A stretch of 64,000 nt of DNA, taken from IMG/VR virus record IMGVR_UViG_3300005683_000073, positions 531 to 64,530 of that record, one strand, 5' to 3'. This stretch comes from a virus. Lineage: Duplodnaviria > Caudoviricetes. The notes under the pieces are model-generated. The model searched no databases, had not been told where the DNA came from, and saw nothing but the letters and a program-made list of their open reading frames with translations. The translations under genes were made by a program, and so were the position numbers. Of this stretch, positions 1 through 8,999 are shown in pieces (the first letter of the stretch is position 1; every line of letters begins with the position of its first letter).

Positions 1-1
1 C

Positions 2-196
2 CACGAGGACATCCTCCTGTACGGCGTGGAGCGTGATGTCGTTCCGGACGCGAACACCGATCTGCCGCGCAAGGTTGGCGAGTTCGGCGACAAGTACCGG
101 CGGATCTTCGACCACAAGCGACGCACGGGCGACGAACGATCGAAGAACCCTATCCGATTCGGTTGGGAGGAAGTCGATCTGAAGGAGGACGTATGA
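2..196 (+). CDS. 3' fragment of a CDS truncated by the window start, possibly a glycosyltransferase C-terminus
   Basis: Open frame from nt 2 (HEDILLYGVERDVVPDANTDLPRK...RFGWEEVDLKEDV*). TGA 194-196 overlaps the next ATG. The GT guess rests on context and recalled similarity only. Confidence 0.5.
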   Translation, partial: HEDILLYGVERDVVPDANTDLPRKVGEFGDKYRRIFDHKRRTGDERSKNPIRFGWEEVDLKEDV

Positions 197-459
197 GCGA
201 GACCCAGAAGCACATGGGGAGGAAGAGCCTCGTCAAGCGGCTCACTGCCCAGACTGGATCCAAGAGCATGGCTATCGCACTGCTCAAAAAGCGTGGGCAC
301 ATGAACGATGACGGGTCGCTGACTGCTGAAGGCAAGAAGCGCGACAGCATGACTGCTGCCGAGCGCGCGAAGGACCGCGCCGCCAAGAAAGATGGGCGGA
401 AGCCGTCCGACTACAGCTACAACCCTAAGACGAACACCGCAAAGGTGAAGCGTGACTGA
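193..459 (+). CDS. small basic hypothetical protein (88 aa)
   Basis: ATG 193 follows RBS AGGAGG (183-188) and overlaps the upstream stop; K/R-rich MSETQKHMGRK... Confidence 0.75.
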   Translation: MSETQKHMGRKSLVKRLTAQTGSKSMAIALLKKRGHMNDDGSLTAEGKKRDSMTAAERAKDRAAKKDGRKPSDYSYNPKTNTAKVKRD

Positions 460-1174
460 CCTGAAAGTCGTCTGCTGGAAGTGGGCACCGCCCGTCGGCT
501 ATCGCTCGGCGTTTACTCACCTGCAGGTCAACAACCTGCTCAACATGATCGGGCGAAACTACCACAAGCCGTTCGAGCTGGTGTGTATCACCGACAACCC
601 GAAGCACATCAGCTCCGAGGTCCGCATCATCCCGCTGGCGGAGATCGAGCAGTTCGCGCACCTTTCTTCACCTCATGGCGGGCTGAACCCTGCCTGCTAC
701 CGTCGCCTGTGGATGTACGGCGACCACGCTCGCGACTACATCGGGGAACGCTTCGTGAGCATTGACCTCGATGTGGTACTGGTCGATGACGTGACGCCTG
801 TCTGGGACCGCCCCGAGGATTTCATGATCTGGGGGGAGACGCTCCGCAGGACACCGTACAACGGCTCGATGCAGCTCATGACCGCTGGCGCGAGACGCCA
901 AGTGTACGACGACTTCGACCCTGACAACAGCCCGCGCGACGCGCGCAGGGCGGGCTTCGACGGGTCGGATCAGGCGTGGATCAGCTACAAGCTCGGCCCG
1001 CACGAGAAGCGGTGGACGAAGGAGGACGGAGTGTTCTCTTTCCGCTTGCATGTGAAGCCCAACGGCGGCAGGATGCCGAAGGGGGCACGGGTCATCTTCT
1101 TCGAAGGTCAGGTCGATCCTTGGTCCCCGTTCGCACAGAAGCTGTGCCCGTGGATCAAGGAGCATTGGAGATGA
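452..1174 (+). CDS. GT-A fold glycosyltransferase
   Basis: N-terminal VVCWKW, ELVCITD, DxD-type motif SIDLDVVLV, GSDQAWISY, C-terminal VIFFEGQVDPW. Confidence 0.8.
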   Translation: MTDLKVVCWKWAPPVGYRSAFTHLQVNNLLNMIGRNYHKPFELVCITDNPKHISSEVRIIPLAEIEQFAHLSSPHGGLNPACYRRLWMYGDHARDYIGERFVSIDLDVVLVDDVTPVWDRPEDFMIWGETLRRTPYNGSMQLMTAGARRQVYDDFDPDNSPRDARRAGFDGSDQAWISYKLGPHEKRWTKEDGVFSFRLHVKPNGGRMPKGARVIFFEGQVDPWSPFAQKLCPWIKEHWR

Positions 1175-1359
1175 CGGCAGACGTAATCCGCATCGAGCGC
1201 GTCCCTCGAAGGATGGAGTGCTGCGAGTGCGATGGGGACGAGTTCTCACTTCACTTCGACGGCACGATTCGATGCTGGAATTGCGATGGCGTGATCAACG
1301 CCAAGTGGGTTAAGTCCAGCTCGCAACCGACGGACGGGGTCCCCTCGGACGCGGCGTAG
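1171..1359 (+). CDS. small zinc-ribbon protein (62 aa)
   Basis: ATGA overlap with upstream gene; CCECD...CWNCD CxxC pairs. Confidence 0.6.
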   Translation: MTADVIRIERVPRRMECCECDGDEFSLHFDGTIRCWNCDGVINAKWVKSSSQPTDGVPSDAA

Positions 1360-2707
1360 AGTCGGCGATCACCTGTGCGGTGTAGTCGCCCGTGGCACCA
1401 AGTGCGGCGTACTGGAAACAGTCGCCAAGGTCGGACCACGGGTGCGTCTTTTCCGGCTTGTCGTCAAGCTCCTTCGTCTGCTTTGACCGCTTGTAGCGGT
1501 AGTACGACTTCAGAGCCTGCACCAGCAGCGGACAGTTGTTCCCGTCGATCAGCACCCCGTCGCGCCTGAGCAGCATCTGCTCGGCGGCGCGGATGCGCGG
1601 GTCGAGGTCGTTGGTCGGCGCGGGGTAGACGCGGAACCCGAGGCGCTTCAGCGCGTCAAAGGGCGACTCTTCGCCCACCTGTGACTTCTGGCGTCCCGCC
1701 GGGTCGGCGATCATGAAGATCTTCGCACCGGGGTAGTGTTCCGTGACCAGCGGGCGAATGAGCGTCGTCGCGAACTGCTCGATGCCCATGCCGTTCGAGA
1801 TGGCCTCGCGGTAGATCACCAGCCTGCCGATCGCATCCACCTGACAGAACAGGCAGGCGGGCGTGCGCCCGAAGTCCTGCGCGATCATCATCGGCTTCAG
1901 CGAGTTGACGTGCAGCGTCGAGTAGGTGACGTGGATGTCCGGCTTGAAGCTGGTGCGGAATACCGCCTGCCCCGCGAGGCTTTTGCCGTACTTGGCGTGG
2001 ACGTGGACATCGACCCAGTCCTCGGTGTTCGACTCGACCAGCGACTCGTAGTAGCCGTCCGGAAGGTTCTCGCGGTTCTCCGCCGTCGGCTCCATGCCAC
2101 CCGGCTGCTTGAACACCGCCCAGTTGTTGGGGGTGTCCACCTCCATCTTGATATACCACTCGGAGTCCTCGTCGGGCGGGTTCGACTCGCCGATGATCCC
2201 GTACCATGCGTTCTTGGCGACGCCAAGCGGGCGGAAGCGACCTACGCGACCGAGTAGGGCTTCCACAACCGAGATAGGAATCTCGCGGTACTCCGACACC
2301 CATCCGCCCGTGATGTTCAGCGACAGTAGGCGCTGCTGGTCCTCGGGCTTGTCGAGGGGGATGAGCATCCACTCGCTGTGGATTTTCCCCTGCGTGGGGT
2401 GAACGAAGTCGAACACCACCGTCGAGTCCGTGACCTTGTACTGCATGACCGGCTGCAGCCACTTCCGGATGTCCTCCAGAATCGTCTGGCGAAGCTGCTG
2501 CGCGGTGTTGCGGACGATCACGAAGCGGGTGCGGCGGACGCCGGTCGCGTCCGGGTGTTCCTCCAGCATTCGCTTGGCCAGCTCCATGATGCACCCGGTG
2601 GTCTTTCCTGAGCCGTAGGGGCCGAGCAGGAGCCGGACCTGATGGTTGTCCAGCATGAACCGGGAAACGGTCGGAGGCGCGTTGTAGCGCAGGACAGGGC
2701 TATTCAT
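1310..2707 (-). CDS. terL: terminase large subunit
   Basis: Walker A GPYGSGKT, RFVIVRNTAQQL, Walker B-like GGWVSE, GESNPP coupling motif, RNase H-like AQDFGRTPA and HPWSDLGDCFQY. Confidence 0.93.
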   Translation of the reverse strand: MNSPVLRYNAPPTVSRFMLDNHQVRLLLGPYGSGKTTGCIMELAKRMLEEHPDATGVRRTRFVIVRNTAQQLRQTILEDIRKWLQPVMQYKVTDSTVVFDFVHPTQGKIHSEWMLIPLDKPEDQQRLLSLNITGGWVSEYREIPISVVEALLGRVGRFRPLGVAKNAWYGIIGESNPPDEDSEWYIKMEVDTPNNWAVFKQPGGMEPTAENRENLPDGYYESLVESNTEDWVDVHVHAKYGKSLAGQAVFRTSFKPDIHVTYSTLHVNSLKPMMIAQDFGRTPACLFCQVDAIGRLVIYREAISNGMGIEQFATTLIRPLVTEHYPGAKIFMIADPAGRQKSQVGEESPFDALKRLGFRVYPAPTNDLDPRIRAAEQMLLRRDGVLIDGNNCPLLVQALKSYYRYKRSKQTKELDDKPEKTHPWSDLGDCFQYAALGATGDYTAQVIADSTPRPRGPRPSVASWT

Positions 2708-3203
2708 CCGACTGATGCTCTAGCGGAGGCCGGGAAGGCGTCCCGGTGACGTTCACGGCCTGCTCGCCGATGACGATCTGCAGGTTGAACGCTCCGGCCC
2801 CGCCGCCCTGCGTGGCTTCCTTCTGAGTTCGACCGGCGAGCTGCGCCATCGTCTTGACGGCCTCGATGCGGGCCTGCGATTGGGCGTCCCGGTCGTTGGC
2901 GATCTCGTCGAGTACGCCGAGGTTGTCCTCCAGCAGGACATCCGCCTTTAACTTAATCCGCGCTCCGGCATTCGTGTCGCCACCGAGCTTCTCGATGGCT
3001 TCCTTGAGCATGTTGCGAAACAGGGGCGTCCGTCGAAGGATTGCCCACTGCGCTTCAGAAATGCCGTATCGCTCGCGAACGCCTTCTGCGTTGGTCAGGC
3101 CAGCGGCCAGTTCCATCGCGATCGTGGCCTTCAGCGAGTCGAGCGGGAGGGAGGTTTCCGTCCCCGGAAACACGACTTCGGTATTCGCCGTAGGGCGAGC
3201 CAT
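2700..3203 (-). CDS. putative terminase small subunit
   Basis: 167 aa helical protein immediately upstream of and overlapping terL; HTH-like N-terminus, ARIEAVKTMAQLAG, C-terminal FNLQIVI strand. Confidence 0.65.
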   Translation of the reverse strand: MARPTANTEVVFPGTETSLPLDSLKATIAMELAAGLTNAEGVRERYGISEAQWAILRRTPLFRNMLKEAIEKLGGDTNAGARIKLKADVLLEDNLGVLDEIANDRDAQSQARIEAVKTMAQLAGRTQKEATQGGGAGAFNLQIVIGEQAVNVTGTPSRPPLEHQSDE

Positions 3204-3232
3204 TGCAAACTCCTGCAGAATTTGGCCTATAC
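3203..3232 (+). promoter_or_regulatory. sigma70-like promoter for the late operon
   Basis: TTGCAA (3203-3208) - 18 nt - TATACT (3227-3232) in the divergent gap between terS and the protease gene. Confidence 0.55.
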
Positions 3233-3268
3233 TACAACAAGATAGCCCATCTTTCGCAAGGAAACCCG

Positions 3269-3757
3269 ATGACGACGATCGCTTACCGGGATGGGATCCT
3301 CGCAGCCGACTCCCGGCTCACTGTGGATCATGGGAGCGGCGCACGCAAGCACACCTGCAGGAAACTTTTCCGCAAGCGTGTGGGTGAAGGCAAGAAGGCG
3401 CACGACGTGATCATCGCGACCGCTGGCGAATCCTCACCCGGCATGGTGTTCGTCGATTGGTATGGCAGTGGCAAGCCTGTGCCGGACCTATTCCTTCACC
3501 TCGGCGGAGACTTTCTTTGTCTCGTCCTCACGCCGCACGGCCTCTACGAGTACGACGTGTACTGCAGAGGCGAACTGATCGAAGAGGAGTTCTATGCAGT
3601 TGGGAGCGGCTCGATGGCCGCTCTCGCTGCAATGCACTGTGGAAAGTCTGCGATCGAAGCCGTGCGCGTCGCCGCTCGGATCGACTCATACACCGGAGGT
3701 CGAATCGTCCATGAGTCACTCAACAAGGAGCCGCCCCGTGGCAAAGCCCGCAGGTAA
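3269..3757 (+). CDS. HslV/proteasome beta-like Ntn-hydrolase peptidase
   Basis: M-TTIAYRDGILAADSRLT gives an N-terminal Thr after Met removal; AGE and YAVGSGSMAALAAM motifs, DSYTGG near the C-terminus; RBS AAGGA. Confidence 0.8.
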   Translation: MTTIAYRDGILAADSRLTVDHGSGARKHTCRKLFRKRVGEGKKAHDVIIATAGESSPGMVFVDWYGSGKPVPDLFLHLGGDFLCLVLTPHGLYEYDVYCRGELIEEEFYAVGSGSMAALAAMHCGKSAIEAVRVAARIDSYTGGRIVHESLNKEPPRGKARR

Positions 3758-4022
3758 AGACATCGAAGCGTTCCGTCAGCTTCACGACAAGAACTTCAAG
3801 ATCCCTCGGAAAATCAAGGCCGCGCTCGCCGAACTCGGCGATGCGTGGGAGTACGAGGCAGACTTCATCAAGCGCGCTGGAGTCTCGAACACCGACTTCG
3901 CGCTGTTCCGCGACAACTTCGCCGAACATTGGCTAGAGGCCAAGGCCGACAACCGCAACGCCAAGCGCGTGTGGTGCGGCACGGTGAAGCTCGCCAACAA
4001 GCTCCGGGAGTACGCATCATGA
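3738..4022 (+). CDS. hypothetical protein (94 aa)
   Basis: GTG 3738 after AAGGAG; ATGA overlap with the next gene. Confidence 0.7.
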   Translation: MAKPAGKDIEAFRQLHDKNFKIPRKIKAALAELGDAWEYEADFIKRAGVSNTDFALFRDNFAEHWLEAKADNRNAKRVWCGTVKLANKLREYAS

Positions 4023-5089
4023 CCAAGGGCAGAGGTGTCGAGGAGTTCCGGAAGGCGCACGACGCGACCGTCAAGCTCGCCGCCGCGAACGAGAAGATCC
4101 GCTCGCTGGAGGAACAGATCCTCACCGACGCGATCGTCAAGCACAAGATCCTCGGGTTGGCCTCCGAGGAGGTGGCTGTTCCGCAGTGGACGTGCAAGCC
4201 GCCGTCCAAGGTTTCCGACCTGACCGGTGTCCCGACGCTCTTCGCGAGCGACTGGCACTGGGGTGAGGTCGTGCGACCGAGCGAGATCGGCGGCGTGAAT
4301 GAGTACAACCTCGACATCGCTCACAAGCGCGCCGAGACCATGCTGTCGGTGACGATCGAGCTGCTCACGAAGCACCTGTCGTCCTCACGCTACCCCGGTA
4401 TCTGCCTCGTCCTCGGCGGCGACATGATCTCCGGCGACATCCACGACGAGCTGAAGGAGACCAACGAGGAGCCGACCTCCGTCGTGTGGCTCGACCTGCT
4501 CGGGGTGCTGACCAAGGTCATCACCGACCTCCAGAAGCAGTTCGGGAACGTGTTCGTCGTCGGCGTCACCGGCAACCACGGGCGTATGACGCATAAGCCG
4601 CGCGCCAAGCGGCGCAACCACTCGAACTGGGACTGGCTGCTGTACCAGCTTCTGCGGCGCAACCTGCAGAGCGACAAGATCAGCTTCCTGATCCCGGACG
4701 GCCCGGACGCCCTCTACAAGCTGTACCACCACCGCTACATGCTGACCCACGGCGACCAGTTCCGGGGCGGTGACGGCATCATCGGCCCGCTCGGACCGAT
4801 CACCCGTGGCGACGTGAAGAAGCGGTCCCGGCAGGCGCAGGTCAACGCCGGGTACGACACGATCCTGATGGGGCACTTCCACCAGCTCATCCAGCTCGAT
4901 TCCCTGATCGTGAACGGAAGCCTCAAGGGGTACGACGAGTACGCGGCGGCGAACAACTTCAAGTTCGAGTCGCCCCGGCAGGCACTGTGGATCACCCATC
5001 CGGAGCATGGCATCACGTTCTCGATGCCGGTCTACGTCGATCGGCGGACTCGGGACACGAAGGCGGAGTGGGCTGCGGTCCCGGCTTGA
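4019..5089 (+). CDS. calcineurin-like metallophosphoesterase with N-terminal coiled coil
   Basis: All five motifs present: SDWH, GGDMISGD, GNHGR, THGD, GHFH. Confidence 0.9.
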   Translation: MTKGRGVEEFRKAHDATVKLAAANEKIRSLEEQILTDAIVKHKILGLASEEVAVPQWTCKPPSKVSDLTGVPTLFASDWHWGEVVRPSEIGGVNEYNLDIAHKRAETMLSVTIELLTKHLSSSRYPGICLVLGGDMISGDIHDELKETNEEPTSVVWLDLLGVLTKVITDLQKQFGNVFVVGVTGNHGRMTHKPRAKRRNHSNWDWLLYQLLRRNLQSDKISFLIPDGPDALYKLYHHRYMLTHGDQFRGGDGIIGPLGPITRGDVKKRSRQAQVNAGYDTILMGHFHQLIQLDSLIVNGSLKGYDEYAAANNFKFESPRQALWITHPEHGITFSMPVYVDRRTRDTKAEWAAVPA

Positions 5090-5140
5090 CACACGTCGGC
5101 CATACCACGAGACTATTCGGTACGCAACTGAGGAGCTGAC

Positions 5141-7297
5141 GTGGCCGCAATCCCCATGCAACCGAATGGTCTCGGCGGGGTCGATACCGGGGCACCCGGT
5201 CGCGGCCTCCTGCGCGTCGTCTCCCCGCAGGAGTTGCAGACGCAGGACCGGCTCGCAGCCGAGGCCGCTGCGCGCAAGACCACGGACGACGCCGTCACCA
5301 CGCAGCTCGCGTCGCACATCCGTACTCGCCTCACGGAGATGCGGAATTTCCGCAACACCGAGGGCATTGCTCAGCGGCTGATCGACGCGCTCCGGGTCTA
5401 CCGGGGCCAGTACGACCCGACGAAGCTGCAGGAGATCCGCAAGTTCGGCGGCTCCGAGGTCTACGCCCGAGTGACCGGCACGAAGTGTCGCGCTGCCACG
5501 GCGCTGCTCAGGGACGTGTTCCTTGGCGGCGAACGCCCGTGGGAGATTGCCCCCACTCCTGTCCCGACGGTTCCCGACGACATCACGGCCTCGATCGACC
5601 AGCTCGTGCTGACCGAAGTGGTCGCGATGGTGCAGATGGGTGGGCAGCCGCCGGACGAGGGTATGATCGACGCCCGCCGCCGCCAGCTCCGCCAGCAGGC
5701 TGAGAAGGCCGCGAAGAAGCAGGCCAAGGACGAGGCGGTGCGGTCCACCGACAAGATGGACGACATGCTCCGCGAGGGCAACTTCTACGAGGCGTTCGCG
5801 GAGTTCCTGATCGACCTGCCGATCTTCCCCTATGCCTGCCTCAAGGGACCCGAGGTCCGCCGTGTCTCCCGACTCAAGTGGGTGAACGGCCAGCCTCAGC
5901 TCTCACAGATCCCGCAGATGTTCTGGCGACGTGTGTCGCCGTTCGACCTGTACTTCAGCCCCGGCGCGAGCGGCCCGCACGAGTCGGAGTTCGTCGAGCG
6001 CATCCGCCTGACGCGCGCCGACCTGCTCGGCGTCAAGGGCCTCCCCGGCTACCGGGACGACCAGATTGATCAGGTGCTGGAACGCTTCGGTGACACCGGC
6101 TTCCGCGAGTGGTGGGACGTGACGGACGCAGAGCGCGCCCGCATGGAGGACCGCGAGCGGTGGCCGCGCTTCCAGCAGGGCCTCATCGACACGGCGGAAT
6201 TCCACGGCTCGGTGCAGGGCAGTACGCTGCTCGACTGGGGAATGGAGCAGAAGGACGTTCCCGACCCGCTGCAGGAATACCGAGTCACCGCGTGGCTCAT
6301 CGACCGTTTCGTCATCAAGTCCCAGATCAACCCGAACCCGCGCCAGCGGCATCCGTACTACCTCACGTCGTACGAGAAGGTCCCCGGCGCGATGGTGGGC
6401 GAGGGGCTGCCGGACATCCTCGACGACGTGCAGCAGGTGACGAACGCCACCCTACGCTCACTGGTGAACAACCTGTCGATCGCCTCTGGTCCGCAGGTGG
6501 TGATCAACGATCAGGTACTGGTTGTCGGCGAGACCGACGACCTCTATCCGTGGAAGCGGTGGCACGTCAAGTTCGACCCGATGATCACGGGCGCGGCGAA
6601 GCCGATCGACTTCTACCAGCCGAACTCCAACGCGGATGTCCTGCTCGGCGTGTTCGAGAAGTTCAACGCGCTCGCGGACGATGTCAGCTCGATCCCTCGT
6701 TACATGATGGGTAACGAGAAGGTTGGCGGCGCAGGTCGGACTGCTTCCGGCTTGGCCATGCTCATGGGCAACGCTGCGAAAACTCTGCAGAACGTCGCCG
6801 CCACCGTGGATCGCGACGTGATGGAGCCGCTGCTCACGGACCTGTTCGACATGGTCATGCTGACCAACCCGACGATGTTCAAGGGCGACGAGCAGATCGT
6901 CGTCAAGGGCGTGAACTACGCCCAGAAGCGCGAGCAGGATCGAATGCGGCAGCTCGAATTCCTGCAGCTCACGGGCAACCCGGTGGACCTCAACATCATC
7001 GGCATCCCCGGTCGCGCCAACGTCCTCCGCTCGGTGGCGAACAACCTCGGCCTCGATCACGAGCGTGTGGTGCCGAGCGACGACGACCTGCAGCAGATGA
7101 TGGGTATGGGCGCTCCGGGGGCGATCCCCGGCGCGGCCCCTCCCGGCGGCGCACCGCAAGGTTCAGCTCCGCCCGGACAGACGCCTGCGCCGAAGGACCA
7201 GCGTGCTGGCCCCGAGCAGCAGCGGAAGGAACAAGGCTCGGAACAGATGTTCGCGGGCAACGGACAAGCGGGCGGCGGAACGCCTGCAGGAGGCTGA
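5141..7297 (+). CDS. portal protein
   Basis: 718 aa after RBS GAGGAG; RVSPFDLYFSPGA, YEKVPGAMVGEGLPDIL, NNLSIASGPQV, RTASGLAMLMGNA; Pro/Gly-rich tail; position near terminase and scaffold. Confidence 0.85.
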   Translation: MAAIPMQPNGLGGVDTGAPGRGLLRVVSPQELQTQDRLAAEAAARKTTDDAVTTQLASHIRTRLTEMRNFRNTEGIAQRLIDALRVYRGQYDPTKLQEIRKFGGSEVYARVTGTKCRAATALLRDVFLGGERPWEIAPTPVPTVPDDITASIDQLVLTEVVAMVQMGGQPPDEGMIDARRRQLRQQAEKAAKKQAKDEAVRSTDKMDDMLREGNFYEAFAEFLIDLPIFPYACLKGPEVRRVSRLKWVNGQPQLSQIPQMFWRRVSPFDLYFSPGASGPHESEFVERIRLTRADLLGVKGLPGYRDDQIDQVLERFGDTGFREWWDVTDAERARMEDRERWPRFQQGLIDTAEFHGSVQGSTLLDWGMEQKDVPDPLQEYRVTAWLIDRFVIKSQINPNPRQRHPYYLTSYEKVPGAMVGEGLPDILDDVQQVTNATLRSLVNNLSIASGPQVVINDQVLVVGETDDLYPWKRWHVKFDPMITGAAKPIDFYQPNSNADVLLGVFEKFNALADDVSSIPRYMMGNEKVGGAGRTASGLAMLMGNAAKTLQNVAATVDRDVMEPLLTDLFDMVMLTNPTMFKGDEQIVVKGVNYAQKREQDRMRQLEFLQLTGNPVDLNIIGIPGRANVLRSVANNLGLDHERVVPSDDDLQQMMGMGAPGAIPGAAPPGGAPQGSAPPGQTPAPKDQRAGPEQQRKEQGSEQMFAGNGQAGGGTPAGG

Positions 7298-7298
7298 G

Positions 7299-7538
7299 AT
7301 GGGGTGCAAGACGCGGAAGTTCTCGGACGGCGGAAAGGTGCTGGAGCGCGAGTACGGCGGCAAGCCGACCTTCATGAAGGCGGTTGCGTCCAATTTCGGT
7401 GTCGGCGACGGCTACAGCTATCGGCCCAAGAAGGAGCCGAAGGTGGCCAAGAAGGAGCCGCGCAAGATCAACGTGGGCAACGCAGCGGCTGAGTTTGGCA
7501 ACGTGGTTGCCAAGCGTAAAGAGATGCTGGATCCCTGA
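7299..7538 (+). CDS. small basic protein (79 aa)
   Basis: ATG 7299 directly after the portal stop; KFSDGGKV motif, K-rich. Confidence 0.65.
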   Translation: MGCKTRKFSDGGKVLEREYGGKPTFMKAVASNFGVGDGYSYRPKKEPKVAKKEPRKINVGNAAAEFGNVVAKRKEMLDP

Positions 7539-7813
7539 TGCGGACCCGCACTCCCACCATCGTCACTGGGTTCCCGTCGCTCGCCAAGGCAATCACGCCG
7601 AGCGATTCGGAGCCGTTGCGTGATTATGAAGGGAACTTGCGGGCGATGACGATCTACGTCGGTACTGGGGGCACCGTATCGGTTGTCCCGATCGGCGGCG
7701 ATACGTCGCAGTTCGTTACCTTTGTCGTCCCCGATGGCGGGCTGGTGCCGGTAGAGTGTAGGTACGTCCGCTCTACCGGAACGGACGCTACGAACATGGT
7801 AGGGCTGTTCTGA
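7538..7813 (+). CDS. head spike base-like protein (RcGTA Rcc01079-like)
   Basis: AKAITPSDSEPL...AMTIYVGTGGTVSV...VTFVVPDGGLVPVECRYVRSTGTDATNMVGL matches the recalled family pattern AITPSD..RALYVG.GG..V..LP..V.RV.ATGTTA. Confidence 0.65.
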   Translation: MRTRTPTIVTGFPSLAKAITPSDSEPLRDYEGNLRAMTIYVGTGGTVSVVPIGGDTSQFVTFVVPDGGLVPVECRYVRSTGTDATNMVGLF

Positions 7814-8145
7814 TGGGCTGGTTCAAGAATCCGTTCAAGCGCGAGCCGCTGCCGGACCATCCGCTGGCGATCTCGACGTTCGACAAGACCCAAGGTGCGC
7901 TGCACTCGCTGCGCCGGGGCATGTGGGTGTCCCTGCGCGGGCCGTCCGCCAAGCGGGGCATCCTCACCGCACTGTCGCCCGAGGGGATGGCTCGTGTCAT
8001 GCTTGTTCACCCCGTGTCTGGGGAGAACGAGATCGAGCTTGACGTGCCTGCTTCGGCAGTACGGCAGGCCAAGCACGCCGAGATTCCGCAGGACCGACGT
8101 CCGTCCAAGGGACAGGCCGTGAACCTCGGCTACGCGGTCGAATGA
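7813..8145 (+). CDS. hypothetical protein (110 aa)
   Basis: TGATG-coupled ORF with phage-like codon usage. Confidence 0.7.
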   Translation: MGWFKNPFKREPLPDHPLAISTFDKTQGALHSLRRGMWVSLRGPSAKRGILTALSPEGMARVMLVHPVSGENEIELDVPASAVRQAKHAEIPQDRRPSKGQAVNLGYAVE

Positions 8146-8146
8146 C

Positions 8147-8554
8147 ATGACCATCCTGTTCTGCAACAATGGCGAAGCTCAGGCGCTTCGGTATCTCGTC
8201 AACAAGGACGGGCTGACCGAGAACCTCGTCTACAAGCTGTTCACCAACAACATCACGCCTGCCGAGACGGATGTTGCCGGGAGCTATACGGAAGCCGCAG
8301 GCGGCGGCTACGGGGACATTGAATTGACGGGGGCCTCATGGACCGTCACCCCCGGTGCGCCGTCCAGCGCGGCTTATGCGCAGCAGCAGTGGGATTTCAC
8401 GGGGCCGCTCACTGGCAGCGCCTCGATCTACGGATATTTCGTGGTCCGGGCGGTCACGGGGGATTTGATATTCTCCGACAGGTTCGCGACCGCGCGCACG
8501 CCGGCTAACCCCGGCGATGCACTTCGCCTGACCCCCCAGATTACGGCTGATTAA
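8147..8554 (+). CDS. putative structural protein (135 aa)
   Basis: KLFTNNITPAE...EAAGGGY...SW...YAQQQWDF...IYGYFV; resembles the adjacent 8565 protein. Confidence 0.7.
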   Translation: MTILFCNNGEAQALRYLVNKDGLTENLVYKLFTNNITPAETDVAGSYTEAAGGGYGDIELTGASWTVTPGAPSSAAYAQQQWDFTGPLTGSASIYGYFVVRAVTGDLIFSDRFATARTPANPGDALRLTPQITAD

Positions 8555-8564
8555 GGAGCCTCAG

Positions 8565-8999
8565 ATGCCCAAGAGTACGGCGACCTGCAATTCCCTCGTC
8601 AACCTGATGTATCGGGCGACGGCGTGGGCGAACGTGGCGGATAACGCTGCCGCGTCCCCGCTTACCAACACCTACGTCGGGCTGCACACCGCTGATCTCA
8701 CTCCTGCGACGAATTCGCAGGCTGAGAACGAAACGGCCTACACCAACTACGCCCGTCAGGCGGTTGCTCGCTCGACTGGGTGGGATGCCGCTTCAGGCGG
8801 GGCTACGGCGAACGCGGCGACGATTTCGTTCCCGCAATGCGGCGTGACCGGCGCGACCCTGACGCACGTCTCGACCGGGACGACTGTCTCCGGCGCGACC
8901 CCCGTATGGCACTACGGCGCGTTGAATTCTTCGCTCATCGTGTCGTCGGGCATCACTCCGCAGTTCGCTGCGGGCGCACTGACGGTGACTGAGTCGTGA
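8565..8999 (+). CDS. putative structural (fibre/appendage) protein (144 aa)
   Basis: RBS AAGGAG; YVGLHTAD...ETAYTNYARQAV...NAATISFPQ...ITPQFAAGAL pattern typical of small virion proteins. Confidence 0.75.
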   Translation: MPKSTATCNSLVNLMYRATAWANVADNAAASPLTNTYVGLHTADLTPATNSQAENETAYTNYARQAVARSTGWDAASGGATANAATISFPQCGVTGATLTHVSTGTTVSGATPVWHYGALNSSLIVSSGITPQFAAGALTVTES

